Positions 7,262 through 17,138 of a stretch of DNA of 64,000 bases are shown piece by piece. Within the stretch, counting starts at the first letter, position 1; every line of letters starts with the position of its first letter. Under the pieces are notes generated by a model. It was given only the letters and a program-made list of their open reading frames with translations. It searched no databases and had not been told where the DNA came from. The DNA is from a virus (Duplodnaviria > Caudoviricetes): the IMG/VR virus record IMGVR_UViG_3300043432_000237, positions 1 through 64,000 of that record, one strand, 5' to 3'. Both the position numbers and the translations under genes were made by a program.

Positions 7262-10189
7262 TTAGTCCGGGATCAGAAGAATGGTCAGGTCGAGGCCAGA
7301 GCTGGTAATCGTACCGCTAACTGGGCTCGTCTTGTAGAGGGCACCATAACCCACGGTGGCGCGGCGCACACGACCCGTCACCGGCTGCGGGTTGGTGTAG
7401 TTGAAGCTCGTTGTCTGCAACACTCCCGAGGCATTGGTCAGCCCGGTGAGGATGTCGGTGCCCGCAGTGAGATCGCCGCCGCTGTCGGCCTCGATGAGCA
7501 CGCGGGCATTCTCGATCACGGCGCTCGTGTTGGCGTCGCGCACGGTCACCTTCACGGTCACCGAGTTGTTGACCGTCGTCGATGCTCCTGCGCCGTTGCG
7601 CACCGTGGGGGTGGAGCCACCGCCCGAAATGTTCAGCGTCACCGCGCCGCCCGAGTCGTTGTATATCGCAGCGCCGTTCGAGGTGTCCGCCCCAAACCCC
7701 GTGAACGTATTGCCCACCAGAGAGTACGTTCCCGGCGTCGTGATGCGGATTGCGTGCCCGCCTCCACCAGTGAAGGCGCAACCGCTGAAGATCGAGGGGT
7801 CTGCCACCGAGCACCAGCGGTTGCCACTGGTGACGCTCGCGACATTGATGCGGCAGTTGTCGACGTTGGTCGAGGCGTTGGTAGTAAGCGAATCGTTGGC
7901 GGCTGGCGGGGTACGGATCGCACAGTCATCCAGGGTAGCGTTGGATATGTCCAACGTGGTGTAGTCGTTGATCGTCAACCCAGAGATCGTGACTGCTCGA
8001 TTGAGCGTGATCGCGCCCGCGCCGATGACCGCGGTGCCGGAAAAGTCATAGCTCGCCGAGGTGTGGGCGCTCGCGTGCAGTCCCCATTTAAAACGGGATT
8101 GAGAAGAGATGACCGAGTTGCGGTGTTTGATGGTGTCGGAGGCCCCTGGGTAGTACAGAATGCCCACCTTGTCGTCGACCGAGTTGTAATTCACCTGCTT
8201 GGCGGTCGCCGAGTACTGGCGCGGGAACTCGACCGCAGTAGCATCCAGATCGAGGTACACCGGGTTGGTGCCTCCGTCGCCAATCTGAACGTCCTGCAGT
8301 AGCAGCATCTGCTTGGTGCCCTGCTGCAGGGCCGAGACGCGCTCCTTGCCGCCAGCGACTGCACGCACAATGCCCGCCACGTCGAGCGGCTCCGTACTGT
8401 TGCCACCCGCCACCACGGTTACGTCCATCAGCCACAGCGATCCAAATCCCATCTGTGCAGTGAGCGTTCCAATCCCGCTGGTCCAGAAGCCCACCGAGGC
8501 AATTACCGCGGTGTCCAGGGTGCCGCTGGTCGCCTTCGTGTTGCCGGCGCCGTTGTTGATCACGATCGGTATGTATGCACCCGATCCCCAGGGCACGTCG
8601 ACACCGTGTACCTGCCAGATCTTGTACCCGGTCGTGGCTCCACCGGATCCCGTATTGGAGCGCACGCCCATCCAACAGCCACGGCCCGAGGCCACGTTAG
8701 GGAAACGCTGCAGGTGCGCAGGCGTGGACGCACGAACGTGACAGAGCAGGTTTTTGGTCCCTAGGTTGAATCGGTTGCCAGCCGCCAAAACCAGCTCGGC
8801 GCCACTGACCTGTCCCGCCGTGCCCAGGTTAGTCATGCCTCCCATGGAGTGGAAGCTGTTGATTCCCACGTCCGTGATCGCCGCTACCGTGGCGTCGTTG
8901 GCCGTGTAGCTCCCGAGCGTCGTGCCATAGTTGGTGTCGGCGGTGGCCGCGAGCGCGGTGTTGCTGTTGTACGCGCTCGTGCCCGCAATAGGGTCCACGT
9001 ACGCGCACGAGTCACTGACGACGTAGCCCGGGATGATCGCGGCGCCGCCCGCGGGAGGGTTGATCTGTCCCACTCCCTTGACCGCTGCTCCCGTGACAGC
9101 CATCGAGCAATACACCGTCGCAGGCGTCGTCCCGGCCGCCTTCTGCCAAGCCCAGCCGAGCGCGTGTGACTCGGCGGCGCCGTCTGAGCCATGTATCTGG
9201 GTGACTGGGCCCTCCACGAAGGACGGCGTACCCGCCGATCCTGAGCCGCTTCCCAGGTAGAGCACCAGGGAGTTGTCGCGGTCAGTGACAATGGTGGGCA
9301 TGTTGGTGCGGGCCGCCGCGCTCTGGTTCGAGAAGTTCAAGCTGAAGCGCTGCGCGTAGAAACAGACGTCGTGACCCGACTGAGCCGACCAGGTGCCAGC
9401 CTGCGTGCTCTTGTTGCCGGCATGACCGGGTGCGCTGGCGTCGTAGCCCACCTGCACGTAGTTCGAGGCGTCGCCGCCGCTATACTCCAGCGCGATGACG
9501 TAGTTGGTGCTGGCCGTGAACTGGTACCAGGTGGCGAACACGAAGTCTTTGAGAGCGAGCGTGCCAGTCAGCGCGCTCACATCCACGTTGTCCGAGGTGG
9601 CCAGCGCCGCCCCGGTGGGAACTGAACTGGTACCGAAGGTGCCTGAGTGAGCGTAAAGCTTAGCCACCACGTTGCCCGTCGGGCTACCAACCTTCTTGAG
9701 GTAAAACTTGGCGCGCGCAAAACAGCCACGGGCGTTGGTGTTGGCCGTCGCCGCGGGCGTAGCAAAGCTCTGCGCTACGCCCGTCGTGGTGCCGTCGCCC
9801 AAGTTCTGGAGGCTGTCCTGGTTGCTCTCGGAGTACGAGGACAAGTCGGTCGTGCCTACCGGGGTGACGGTGTCCACGTCACGGACCGCCACCATCGATC
9901 CATTGTACGACTCGTTGGTGGTGGCGTGCGTCGTGGCCGCGATCGTCAGATCGGTCTCGGAGCCGCCCGAGATCTTCATGTACGCGATCAACGGCGTGGT
10001 GTTGTACCACTCCTGCAGAATCGCCCACCCCGTGGGTGGCGTGGCTGTGAACGTCGTCAGCCCTCCGGTGTCCGCCATGCAGAAGGCGATCAGTAGGTCA
10101 TTGGCCAGATTCGCGCAGACCGGTATGACGAGCCCGGCATCGGTCGTCGTAGTCTCATAGCTGAACGTGTAGTCCCGGACGGCCGGCAT
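7262..10189 (-). CDS. Large Thr/Gly/Ala-rich spike/fibre-like virion protein (beta-sandwich and beta-helix-like segments)
   Basis: 975 aa, low charge, beta-rich, C-terminal VTVKVTVRD...IENARVLI Ig/prealbumin-like segment. Confidence 0.65.
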   Translation of the reverse strand: MPAVRDYTFSYETTTTDAGLVIPVCANLANDLLIAFCMADTGGLTTFTATPPTGWAILQEWYNTTPLIAYMKISGGSETDLTIAATTHATTNESYNGSMVAVRDVDTVTPVGTTDLSSYSESNQDSLQNLGDGTTTGVAQSFATPAATANTNARGCFARAKFYLKKVGSPTGNVVAKLYAHSGTFGTSSVPTGAALATSDNVDVSALTGTLALKDFVFATWYQFTASTNYVIALEYSGGDASNYVQVGYDASAPGHAGNKSTQAGTWSAQSGHDVCFYAQRFSLNFSNQSAAARTNMPTIVTDRDNSLVLYLGSGSGSAGTPSFVEGPVTQIHGSDGAAESHALGWAWQKAAGTTPATVYCSMAVTGAAVKGVGQINPPAGGAAIIPGYVVSDSCAYVDPIAGTSAYNSNTALAATADTNYGTTLGSYTANDATVAAITDVGINSFHSMGGMTNLGTAGQVSGAELVLAAGNRFNLGTKNLLCHVRASTPAHLQRFPNVASGRGCWMGVRSNTGSGGATTGYKIWQVHGVDVPWGSGAYIPIVINNGAGNTKATSGTLDTAVIASVGFWTSGIGTLTAQMGFGSLWLMDVTVVAGGNSTEPLDVAGIVRAVAGGKERVSALQQGTKQMLLLQDVQIGDGGTNPVYLDLDATAVEFPRQYSATAKQVNYNSVDDKVGILYYPGASDTIKHRNSVISSQSRFKWGLHASAHTSASYDFSGTAVIGAGAITLNRAVTISGLTINDYTTLDISNATLDDCAIRTPPAANDSLTTNASTNVDNCRINVASVTSGNRWCSVADPSIFSGCAFTGGGGHAIRITTPGTYSLVGNTFTGFGADTSNGAAIYNDSGGAVTLNISGGGSTPTVRNGAGASTTVNNSVTVKVTVRDANTSAVIENARVLIEADSGGDLTAGTDILTGLTNASGVLQTTSFNYTNPQPVTGRVRRATVGYGALYKTSPVSGTITSSGLDLTILLIPD

Positions 10190-10197
10190 CCGGGCAC

Positions 10198-11898
10198 CTA
10201 GGCGTCACTAGTGCGCACGGCCGTCGCGGAGCCACCGGCAGATCCGAGTGCGCCTGTCGATTGAAAGGTTTTGATTGGTGTCACCCCACCGTCCCGTACG
10301 CGAATGAAGAGCGGACGATCCGAGCCCGAGTAGACGCCGGTGAAGCTCTCGGTCGCTGCCGTGGCCAGCTTGTCGATGTAGGAGCAGTAGGCATTGGCGC
10401 CGTTCGCGGCGCCGTTCGAGCTAAAGTCATGCGCCGTGATCGTGAACGTCTTGGTGCCCGAGTTGTAGGCCGAGTAAGGGTGCCGGGTGTACGCGCCGTT
10501 GGCGCGCTGGATGCGGATCGTGCCCGAGTTCGGGGTGTCCACCGGGATGGCCTCGTTCACGACGACACTGGTCACCGCGCCGCCGCTGAGCGCGCCGTTC
10601 AGGGTGAACTGATTGACCTTGATGCCTCCACCTTCCTCGGGCGCGACCAGCACGTAGTCCTCTCCCGAGACCAACCCGCCGACAGTGAACGTCACGTAGT
10701 TCGGTGCCTGTCGCAGGGTGTTCGTCAGGTCGAACACTTTGTCGTTGGCGGACAGATCGGTGGCCTCGACGCCAAACCCAAAGGCGCCGATGATGGCGCT
10801 GCCAGTACTGACGCCGCAGAACGGAAAGCTCAGGGTGCGCTCCGTCACGGTCACGTTGACCTGGCAGGTCGCACCCGACGTGCCACCCGTGATCACTTGG
10901 TTGTCGGTCGGCGGCACGCCGGTGAGCAACTGGATCCACATCTTGGTCGGGGCATTGACGTCGTTGATCGCCAGCATCTGCCCGGTGCCGCCCGACCACG
11001 ACACCGCCTCGAAAGCGCTGAAGTCCGTGACACTGGGCGTGTCCACTGTGATCTCGTGCGTGATGCCACGAAACAGCTCGCCGTTCAGTCCGTAGAGCGT
11101 CTCGGCAGTGCCGCGCCGAGTGAGGTACTTCATGCGCTCATAGAACTGGTTGATCGTGTACGTGTCCCGATTCCACTCCGAGTAGTAGAACTCGTCGGTG
11201 GTGTCGTTGTTCACGTCGATGCCGTTGTACCCCTCGCTGGTGTTCGTGATCGTGACCCAGCCGGCGACTGTGACTGACGCCGTCGCGTTGTTCAGATCGT
11301 CGGCGTAGGTAAGAGGCACCACGTTCACGCCTCGGCCGGTGCCATTGACCCGGAACTCGGAAAAGGTCTTGCCCCACTCGCGCGTCTGGAAGAGCAGCTT
11401 GCGCCCGTCGATGTCCGCCGCCGCCGTGCGCACCTTCACCATGAAGCGGTGACTAATGCCGTTCGTGGGGTCGGGGTTGATGCCCTTCAGCGCGGAGCCG
11501 TCGGGTATGCTGTTCCAGAAGTCGCTCGCTATGAGCGCTCCGGCCTGGACGATCTCAGCGTGCGCGCCAGCGTTCGCAATGATCTGCACACCGTCATAGA
11601 TGACGTCTCCATTGGTCTGAATGATCGAGCCACCGTAAACGTACTCGGCCGAGGCGTCGTCCAGGTTGTACCCGTTCAACAGCGTGATGATGGTGTCGTA
11701 TGCCTTGTCGCTCGGCGTGTCGCGCGTGATGTCCATGTAGTCATCACCCGATGACGAGGCGTCGTCAGCCAGGTCTTGAAGCCAGCGGTGCAGTTCGAGC
11801 ACGGTCACCCAGTTGGCACCAGCCGCGGTGTGGATCGGGCCGATGTACCGCACGTCCTTGTCGTTCTGAATTTCCCACTTGGTTGCGTCGAGTACCAT
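10198..11898 (-). CDS. Putative virion structural protein (beta-rich, 566 aa)
   Basis: Composition and position next to the 975-aa gene; promoter-like element upstream. Confidence 0.6.
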   Translation of the reverse strand: MVLDATKWEIQNDKDVRYIGPIHTAAGANWVTVLELHRWLQDLADDASSSGDDYMDITRDTPSDKAYDTIITLLNGYNLDDASAEYVYGGSIIQTNGDVIYDGVQIIANAGAHAEIVQAGALIASDFWNSIPDGSALKGINPDPTNGISHRFMVKVRTAAADIDGRKLLFQTREWGKTFSEFRVNGTGRGVNVVPLTYADDLNNATASVTVAGWVTITNTSEGYNGIDVNNDTTDEFYYSEWNRDTYTINQFYERMKYLTRRGTAETLYGLNGELFRGITHEITVDTPSVTDFSAFEAVSWSGGTGQMLAINDVNAPTKMWIQLLTGVPPTDNQVITGGTSGATCQVNVTVTERTLSFPFCGVSTGSAIIGAFGFGVEATDLSANDKVFDLTNTLRQAPNYVTFTVGGLVSGEDYVLVAPEEGGGIKVNQFTLNGALSGGAVTSVVVNEAIPVDTPNSGTIRIQRANGAYTRHPYSAYNSGTKTFTITAHDFSSNGAANGANAYCSYIDKLATAATESFTGVYSGSDRPLFIRVRDGGVTPIKTFQSTGALGSAGGSATAVRTSDA

Positions 11899-11955
11899 GG
11901 TGTCCAGAATCCTAGGCGCAGGGTGACCAGCCGGGCAAACTTTCCGACCACCGGA

Positions 11956-12252
11956 TCACGGTGGGGGCACCATGGCCTGCATTCTCCACAGTACGCGCAG
12001 GAGCACGATGTAGCCCGCCAGGTCGTTCCACACGTCCTCGGTGTCTTCGGGATCCATGGTCTTCAAGCGACTGAGCTTGTCGTCGATGCGCGTCAGGATC
12101 TGCTCTTCCGGGGTGCTCCGGCTGGCGATACGCAGGGGCTCCAGGGCGCTGTTGCCGTACTTGCGGTTCTTCTCCAGCAGCATGTCCCGAAGCGCCTCGC
12201 ACTCCTCGGTGATCAGCTTGGCTGCCAGTGCGATATTGTTGGGGTCGCTCAT
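11956..12252 (-). CDS. Nucleotide-modification-associated domain 1 (DUF1599-like) protein
   Basis: LLEKNRKYGNS...RIDDKLSRL...DVWNDLAGYIVL; start at MSDPNN. Confidence 0.7.
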   Translation of the reverse strand: MSDPNNIALAAKLITEECEALRDMLLEKNRKYGNSALEPLRIASRSTPEEQILTRIDDKLSRLKTMDPEDTEDVWNDLAGYIVLLRVLWRMQAMVPPP

Positions 12253-12440
12253 TTTGCTTTTCTCCGGGGCTTCGGTTTGGGTGCTCGCGGTGGCGGTGAC
12301 TCGGCCCAGAAGAGCACGGTGACTTCTAGCGCCTCGCAGCCCAGCTCGCGCATGGCCACGGCGCGCGCCGCAAACCACTCCGGCGCTTCGATGATCATGC
12401 CCCTGCCGTCTTTCTTCAGACTAGCTTTCCACAACGCCAC
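12249..12440 (-). CDS. Small hypothetical protein
   Basis: GTG start just after the upstream stop; overlaps the next start. Confidence 0.45.
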   Translation of the reverse strand: MALWKASLKKDGRGMIIEAPEWFAARAVAMRELGCEALEVTVLFWAESPPPRAPKPKPRRKAK

Positions 12441-12444
12441 CGCG

Positions 12445-12618
12445 TCACCTCTTCGGTTGACGCTTGTCGCGCAGCTCCAGCACCGCGTCAACGCCCTGGC
12501 GCACGTACTCGGCCACCGGCACCCGCGTCTCCTGGCTGAGCACCTTCAGGCGCGCGAACTGGTCCGAGCGCAGCGTGACGCCGATCTGCATCATGCGGCC
12601 CGGTCCGATCCGTTTCAT
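12445..12618 (-). CDS. Ribbon-helix-helix DNA-binding protein (57 aa, missing from the ORF track)
   Basis: Hand translation MKRIGPGRMMQIGVTLRSDQFARLKVLSQETRVPVAEYVRQGVDAVLELRDKRQPKR. Confidence 0.8.
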   Translation of the reverse strand: MKRIGPGRMMQIGVTLRSDQFARLKVLSQETRVPVAEYVRQGVDAVLELRDKRQPKR

Positions 12619-12899
12619 CGCAGCTCCTCGGGTTCCTTTGCGATCGGCGCCCGAGCCGCGCGCTCCGCACGCTGGTAGACCGCGCGCAGCTTGGTCAGAT
12701 CGGCCGGCTGCACCGACCAGTCGGCCACGCGCGGGTCCTGCTCTTCGTCCGGCACCAGGTGTCCGGTCTCTAGATCCACCTCGAAGAGGTCTCCCAGGGG
12801 CCAGCTGATCACGATGCGGCCGGCGGCGGTAAAGTCAGGGCGCAAAAAGGCGTACACGATCTTGGTGCGTCCACAGCGATGCTCGACGGTGATGTTCAT
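12615..12899 (-). CDS. Hypothetical protein
   Basis: Coupled ORF with SD. Confidence 0.55.
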   Translation of the reverse strand: MNITVEHRCGRTKIVYAFLRPDFTAAGRIVISWPLGDLFEVDLETGHLVPDEEQDPRVADWSVQPADLTKLRAVYQRAERAARAPIAKEPEELR

Positions 12900-13963
12900 G
12901 AAGTCTCCTCACTCTTCGCCAGCGCCAAAGCGCGAAGCCCAGCGCGACTCAGCCCGCTGGCCACGCCGCGCAGCATCTCGCGCTCGGCGCTGTCTTCTGG
13001 AGCGCGGCGCGCCAGCGCGCCTTCCTCTTCCGCCAGCTGCTCGGCTACACGCGCCAGTGTCTCGACGCGCCGATACTTTTTCGCCTGCAGGGCCTTCTCC
13101 AGCTCGGCGCGCACACGCTCGGCCTGCCCAGGCACGAACCGGCGCGGCTCAGCCGAGGGATCCTTGCAGCGGAACAGTTCCCAGGCGGGCACGTAGACGC
13201 AGCGACCGTGCGAAATCAGGATCCACATGTTGTTCATGTTCGGGCGCACCACGCCCCGGAAAAGCCGGCCGTGGCGGCGGCAGTACAGCGTCTCGCCACT
13301 CACGATGGCGCAGCCGTCCCGGTCCTTGCTCCCCCAAGCCCCCGTCTCCTTGGCCGAGGGCCAGCCGCTCGCGTCCCGCTCGAAGCGCCCGCCGCACTGC
13401 CAGTCGGACTCGAAGTTCCAGCGGCGGTTGAAGGCCGCGAGCGGGTCGCCTTCGTCGGTCCGTTCCTGCGCATGGCGCAGCACGGCCAAGAGATCTGCAC
13501 TCACGATGCCCTGGCGCGTGCCCTCCAACACGTAGCCGAGGGCCAGCAGTTTCTTGAGGACGTGACTCATCTCGACGGCGCACGCGAGCTGCATCGGCCG
13601 TGGCATCCGCGTGAACTTGTCAAAGTCGTATCGACCGCCGTGGCGGTTCTCGACGTTCACGTTCTGAAAGAACTCGAACTCGAACATTCGCCCCATGGTG
13701 TGCGCTGCGAACTCCAGCTGCCCCTTGCGCCCGACATAGTGCGAGCCCGCCAGGCGCGCCGCGACGCCGGGATCGCGCTGGACCCACCAGCCGCGCCGCA
13801 CGAGGTGACCCAGGACCGCGCGGAAACGCTGGAGCACGGTCTCCGTGACGCTTTCCTCCCGCGCGCCGATGTGTGTCTTGAAAAAGTTGATCGTGCCCCG
13901 CGGCTTCGGGTCCACCCGCGCGCGACCGTGGTCTACATCGCAACGCAAACTGGGCTCGGTCAT
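12896..13963 (-). CDS. Phage hypothetical protein (355 aa)
   Basis: Start MTEPSL overlapping the upstream stop; FFQNVN.EN.HGGRYDFDK motif. Confidence 0.65.
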   Translation of the reverse strand: MTEPSLRCDVDHGRARVDPKPRGTINFFKTHIGAREESVTETVLQRFRAVLGHLVRRGWWVQRDPGVAARLAGSHYVGRKGQLEFAAHTMGRMFEFEFFQNVNVENRHGGRYDFDKFTRMPRPMQLACAVEMSHVLKKLLALGYVLEGTRQGIVSADLLAVLRHAQERTDEGDPLAAFNRRWNFESDWQCGGRFERDASGWPSAKETGAWGSKDRDGCAIVSGETLYCRRHGRLFRGVVRPNMNNMWILISHGRCVYVPAWELFRCKDPSAEPRRFVPGQAERVRAELEKALQAKKYRRVETLARVAEQLAEEEGALARRAPEDSAEREMLRGVASGLSRAGLRALALAKSEETS

Positions 13964-14292
13964 GACCCAGCACCCTCCATGCCGCAGGGCGATTCGTTCT
14001 CCAGCCGCGTGAGCAGCTTCAAGCTCATAGCGGCGTACCCAGAAGCAAGACCGTACTCGGGCGCGTCGCGCAGCACGTACACCACCAACGCAAGCAGCGT
14101 GCGACCGGTGAAGATCTCCTGATCCCGCAACTCGAACTTCGCGATCTGTTCCGGAGCCCGCAGTTCCTTCAGGTGCAGGACATCTCCGATCTTGAAGCCC
14201 CGGTCGTCTGGTCGCAGCTCGAAGGTCTTGCGGCTGTGCCAGATGTTGTGGAAGCTCTTCGCGTCCGTCTTCAGTTCGTGCAGCGTGCTCAC
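13960..14292 (-). CDS. DUF3850/ASCH (PUA-like) domain protein
   Basis: HELKT...KTFELRPDDRGFKIGDVLHLKE...FTGR...YGLASGYAAMSL. Confidence 0.8.
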   Translation of the reverse strand: MSTLHELKTDAKSFHNIWHSRKTFELRPDDRGFKIGDVLHLKELRAPEQIAKFELRDQEIFTGRTLLALVVYVLRDAPEYGLASGYAAMSLKLLTRLENESPCGMEGAGS

Positions 14293-14546
14293 GTGCTCTC
14301 CTTTTCCGGCGCGATCCGATTGCGTGCAATGTCGGACTGGCGCGGCTCGTCGTAGTCCTCGTTTCCCTGCAGTCGCTGCCTGAGGATGCGCAGGCTGGCA
14401 CTCAGCCTGCCCTCCTGAAACAGCCGATCGATTTGCCAGCTCCAGCGCGCTCGCTCGCTCGCCTTCCCGCGCACGCGCCCGACGATGTATCCGACCACGA
14501 ACGCCACCTGCATTGCGGCAATCACCGCCCACGTTTCCGTCTGCAT
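14289..14546 (-). CDS. Small protein with N-terminal TM helix
   Basis: WAVIAAMQVAFVVGYIVG. Confidence 0.5.
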   Translation of the reverse strand: MQTETWAVIAAMQVAFVVGYIVGRVRGKASERARWSWQIDRLFQEGRLSASLRILRQRLQGNEDYDEPRQSDIARNRIAPEKEST

Positions 14547-14561
14547 CCCGTCGCCCCTTTC

Positions 14562-14888
14562 CTACATCAACCGATGCGCCGCGTAGCCCAGGCCCAACAG
14601 AAACAACCACATGGCCAGGTTCACGATCACGCGCGCCCAGTCTCGCTTGCTTCGCTCGAACTTCTCTTCCTCCGTCATCTCGGACGGCGCGTCGTAGCTC
14701 TCCGTGAACAGCAGTTCCCGGTGCGCCCCGCCCGTCAGTGCGCGGCACAGCAGGTCCAGCCCGAAGGCGTGCACGAACGTGATGGCCGGCACACCCAACG
14801 GCACCAGGAACCACCTCCAGAGCTGCATCACCGTCAGGGCGTGCACAGCCGTGCTGAGCCCAGAGAACCCCCAGAGCAGCGGCCTCAC
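14562..14888 (-). CDS. Small membrane protein
   Basis: LWRWFLVPLGVPAITFVHAFGL plus a C-terminal TM. Confidence 0.6.
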   Translation of the reverse strand: MRPLLWGFSGLSTAVHALTVMQLWRWFLVPLGVPAITFVHAFGLDLLCRALTGGAHRELLFTESYDAPSEMTEEEKFERSKRDWARVIVNLAMWLFLLGLGYAAHRLM

Positions 14889-15961
14889 GAGGTCACCCTC
14901 GCCACGATCGCCAAAAAGCCGTCGTCCGTCTCGATCACCAGCTGGTCCTGCGCGCGCTTGAGCTGGAAGTGAGCGTCCGCGGCGCGCACGGCGTCCAAGA
15001 GATAGCTCGGGTTCACCAGGACGTCGCAGTCACCCGCCGGCTCGACCGGGATCACGTCACGTCCCGAGCAGTCCTCGTGCGCCACGCTGACCTCCATGGT
15101 GTCGCCGCTGACCACGATGTGCAGCGGCACGTCCTGGGTGGTGCGGGCCGCCGACACCGCTTTGAGCACGTCGATCGTCAGTGGCCCAGGCGCGCGACAC
15201 ACCGGCGTCAGCTCGATGCTCTCCAGCAGGCGACGCCACGGCGGAAACTCTCCCGAGGGCAGGGAAGCGCAGATCAGCGACTGCTCGGTTTCGAGGAACA
15301 GCGTGTTGGTCTCCTTGCTGATCTGCACGCCCCCGCCCAGCAGCAGCTGGTGCGCCAGCTTGAGCACCGGCGAAGGGAAGAACAGCTCGATGTCCGGCGC
15401 CGTCCAGGGCTCACGCGAAATGGCCAACGTCGGCCCAGACAGCGCAACCGCGGCCAGTTCGTTCTCGTGCACGACGACCGACACGCCGTCCAAGAACGGC
15501 CGATCCCGGTTGGTCGAGATGGAGTGCTTCACGCGCCAGAGAGCGCGCGCCAGCTCGGGGCCCGCCACGAAGCGCTCCACGTCGCGGTTGGGCTGGCTGA
15601 GCTTGGGAAACTCGGCGCCGTTGCGCCCCGCGATCGTGTACTGCCGCTGGCCGGCGCACGCGACCACTAACCGCCAGCCCTTCTCGATCGACAGCTTTAC
15701 GTTGCCTGCAGGCATCGACGCCAGCGCCGAGCGCAAGCGCTTGAAGTGCACCGCGATGGGCGTCGGGCTCTTGACCTGCGCCTGCACCTCCGTGTCCACC
15801 GACACGATCAGGTTGGTGGCGCAGAGACGCAGCGCGTGCTCGGACGGCTGCAGCAGCACCAGCCCCGCGAACGGGTGAGCGGCGCGTTCCTCGGCGGCAG
15901 GCTCACAACGATCGAGCCCCGCCAGCAGCTCGTCGCGTTCCACAATCAACATGATGGGCAT
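14885..15961 (-). CDS. dnaN: DNA polymerase III beta sliding clamp homologue
   Basis: 358 aa; LRLCATNL, AEFPKL, ISTNRDRPFLDGV, SLPSGEFPPWRRLL, VNPSYLLDAV. Confidence 0.85.
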   Translation of the reverse strand: MPIMLIVERDELLAGLDRCEPAAEERAAHPFAGLVLLQPSEHALRLCATNLIVSVDTEVQAQVKSPTPIAVHFKRLRSALASMPAGNVKLSIEKGWRLVVACAGQRQYTIAGRNGAEFPKLSQPNRDVERFVAGPELARALWRVKHSISTNRDRPFLDGVSVVVHENELAAVALSGPTLAISREPWTAPDIELFFPSPVLKLAHQLLLGGGVQISKETNTLFLETEQSLICASLPSGEFPPWRRLLESIELTPVCRAPGPLTIDVLKAVSAARTTQDVPLHIVVSGDTMEVSVAHEDCSGRDVIPVEPAGDCDVLVNPSYLLDAVRAADAHFQLKRAQDQLVIETDDGFLAIVARVTS

Positions 15962-16008
15962 GGATGTCTGGTGCTCCTTGGGAATGGCCCAGGGTTACCA
16001 CAAGCCCG

Positions 16009-16035
16009 TTGCTAATTGCTAACACTTTGTTAGCA
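16009..16035. promoter_or_regulatory. Operator-like palindrome in the divergent promoter region
   Basis: TGCTAACA-CTT-TGTTAGCA (16017-16035) plus tandem TTGCTAA, between divergent genes. Confidence 0.65.
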
Positions 16036-16043
16036 TCGCTGAC

Positions 16044-16466
16044 ATGACCGAATTTCATGAGGATCAGGAAGTAGCGGCGAGCCTGGTGCGCGCCCAGACC
16101 CTAGCCGTCGTGCGCAAGCTCTCGAAGGGCCTGGGGCCAGCCGAGCGCGCGCGCCTGGCGGCCACGCTACTGAACACCGTGTGCTACTCGCGCCTGGAGC
16201 TGAAGGGCGACTCCGAGTGGCTGGCTGAGATGCTACGGGAGTTCTGGCAGTGGGCCAGCGACGAGCACCGGAGGACGCTGGCCAATGCAGTGTGCGAGCA
16301 GCTGATCGCGTTCGTGCGCAACGTGGACTCTGCGCAACCGTCTTACAGCGAGCGCGAGGTGATGACGGACTTCATCAAGGCGGCGGCGCGGGCGCTGCGG
16401 CAGGACATGGCGAAAGCGGCGGTGACCGCGGACACCCTGAACGCGATCAGTGGTGACAAGCCGTGA
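16044..16466 (+). CDS. Hypothetical helical protein
   Basis: First gene of the rightward unit. Confidence 0.6.
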   Translation: MTEFHEDQEVAASLVRAQTLAVVRKLSKGLGPAERARLAATLLNTVCYSRLELKGDSEWLAEMLREFWQWASDEHRRTLANAVCEQLIAFVRNVDSAQPSYSEREVMTDFIKAAARALRQDMAKAAVTADTLNAISGDKP

Positions 16467-16852
16467 TCCTGCTGGGGCGCGAGCGGGACTACCAGATCCC
16501 GGACCAGTACGTCGAGCGCACTGACGACCAGGTGGGCGTGCCCGCACTGCACCTCTGGGTGCTGGCCGAGGACGGTGACCCGCCCGGCGCGCTGGAGGGC
16601 GCACTGAGCGCGGCGCTGGATGAGCTGTTCGAGCTGGCCGGACAGGTATCTATGCAGCTCCGGCAGCAACGCGATCCGAACGCAGTACCGGACGGCCGGG
16701 TGTGCACGGAGTACGAGATTGCGCTGGTGGAGCGCTTCTGTGACATGGTGAGCGTGCGGCACCATGGTGTGGTCGAGCGCGCCTTCGGGCGCGGGCGGTT
16801 GCCGGATAGGGAGGGCGGTGGAGTGTTCGATGACGACGTCTTCCAAAACTGA
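16463..16852 (+). CDS. Hypothetical protein
   Basis: Coupled ORF. Confidence 0.5.
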   Translation: MILLGRERDYQIPDQYVERTDDQVGVPALHLWVLAEDGDPPGALEGALSAALDELFELAGQVSMQLRQQRDPNAVPDGRVCTEYEIALVERFCDMVSVRHHGVVERAFGRGRLPDREGGGVFDDDVFQN

Positions 16853-17138
16853 TTCGCAGCACCTGCTGCGCGCGGCAGGAGGCCGCTGTCAGTGCACGGG
16901 TGAGTGTGGGCACAACCACCGCTGGAGCGCCGGAGAGATCACGTTGCGCTGCGGGGCGCCGCACGGCTGCAACATCCAGCGCAAGCTCGGTCATCCCAGC
17001 TGCTGGCGCCTAGCGGGCACCGACGAGCGCCCGCTACAGTACGCCGAGCTGTACGACGAGCAGATCATGTTCGTGGAACTCGTGCCCGTGGGAGAGAAGG
17101 TCTACTGTGGATTTTGTCGACGACGACTTCCCAAGTGA
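16830..17138 (+). CDS. Zn-binding hypothetical protein (HNH-like scaffold)
   Basis: AGGRCQCTGECGHNH...RCGAPHG...YCGFCRR. Confidence 0.55.
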   Translation: MTTSSKTDSQHLLRAAGGRCQCTGECGHNHRWSAGEITLRCGAPHGCNIQRKLGHPSCWRLAGTDERPLQYAELYDEQIMFVELVPVGEKVYCGFCRRRLPK

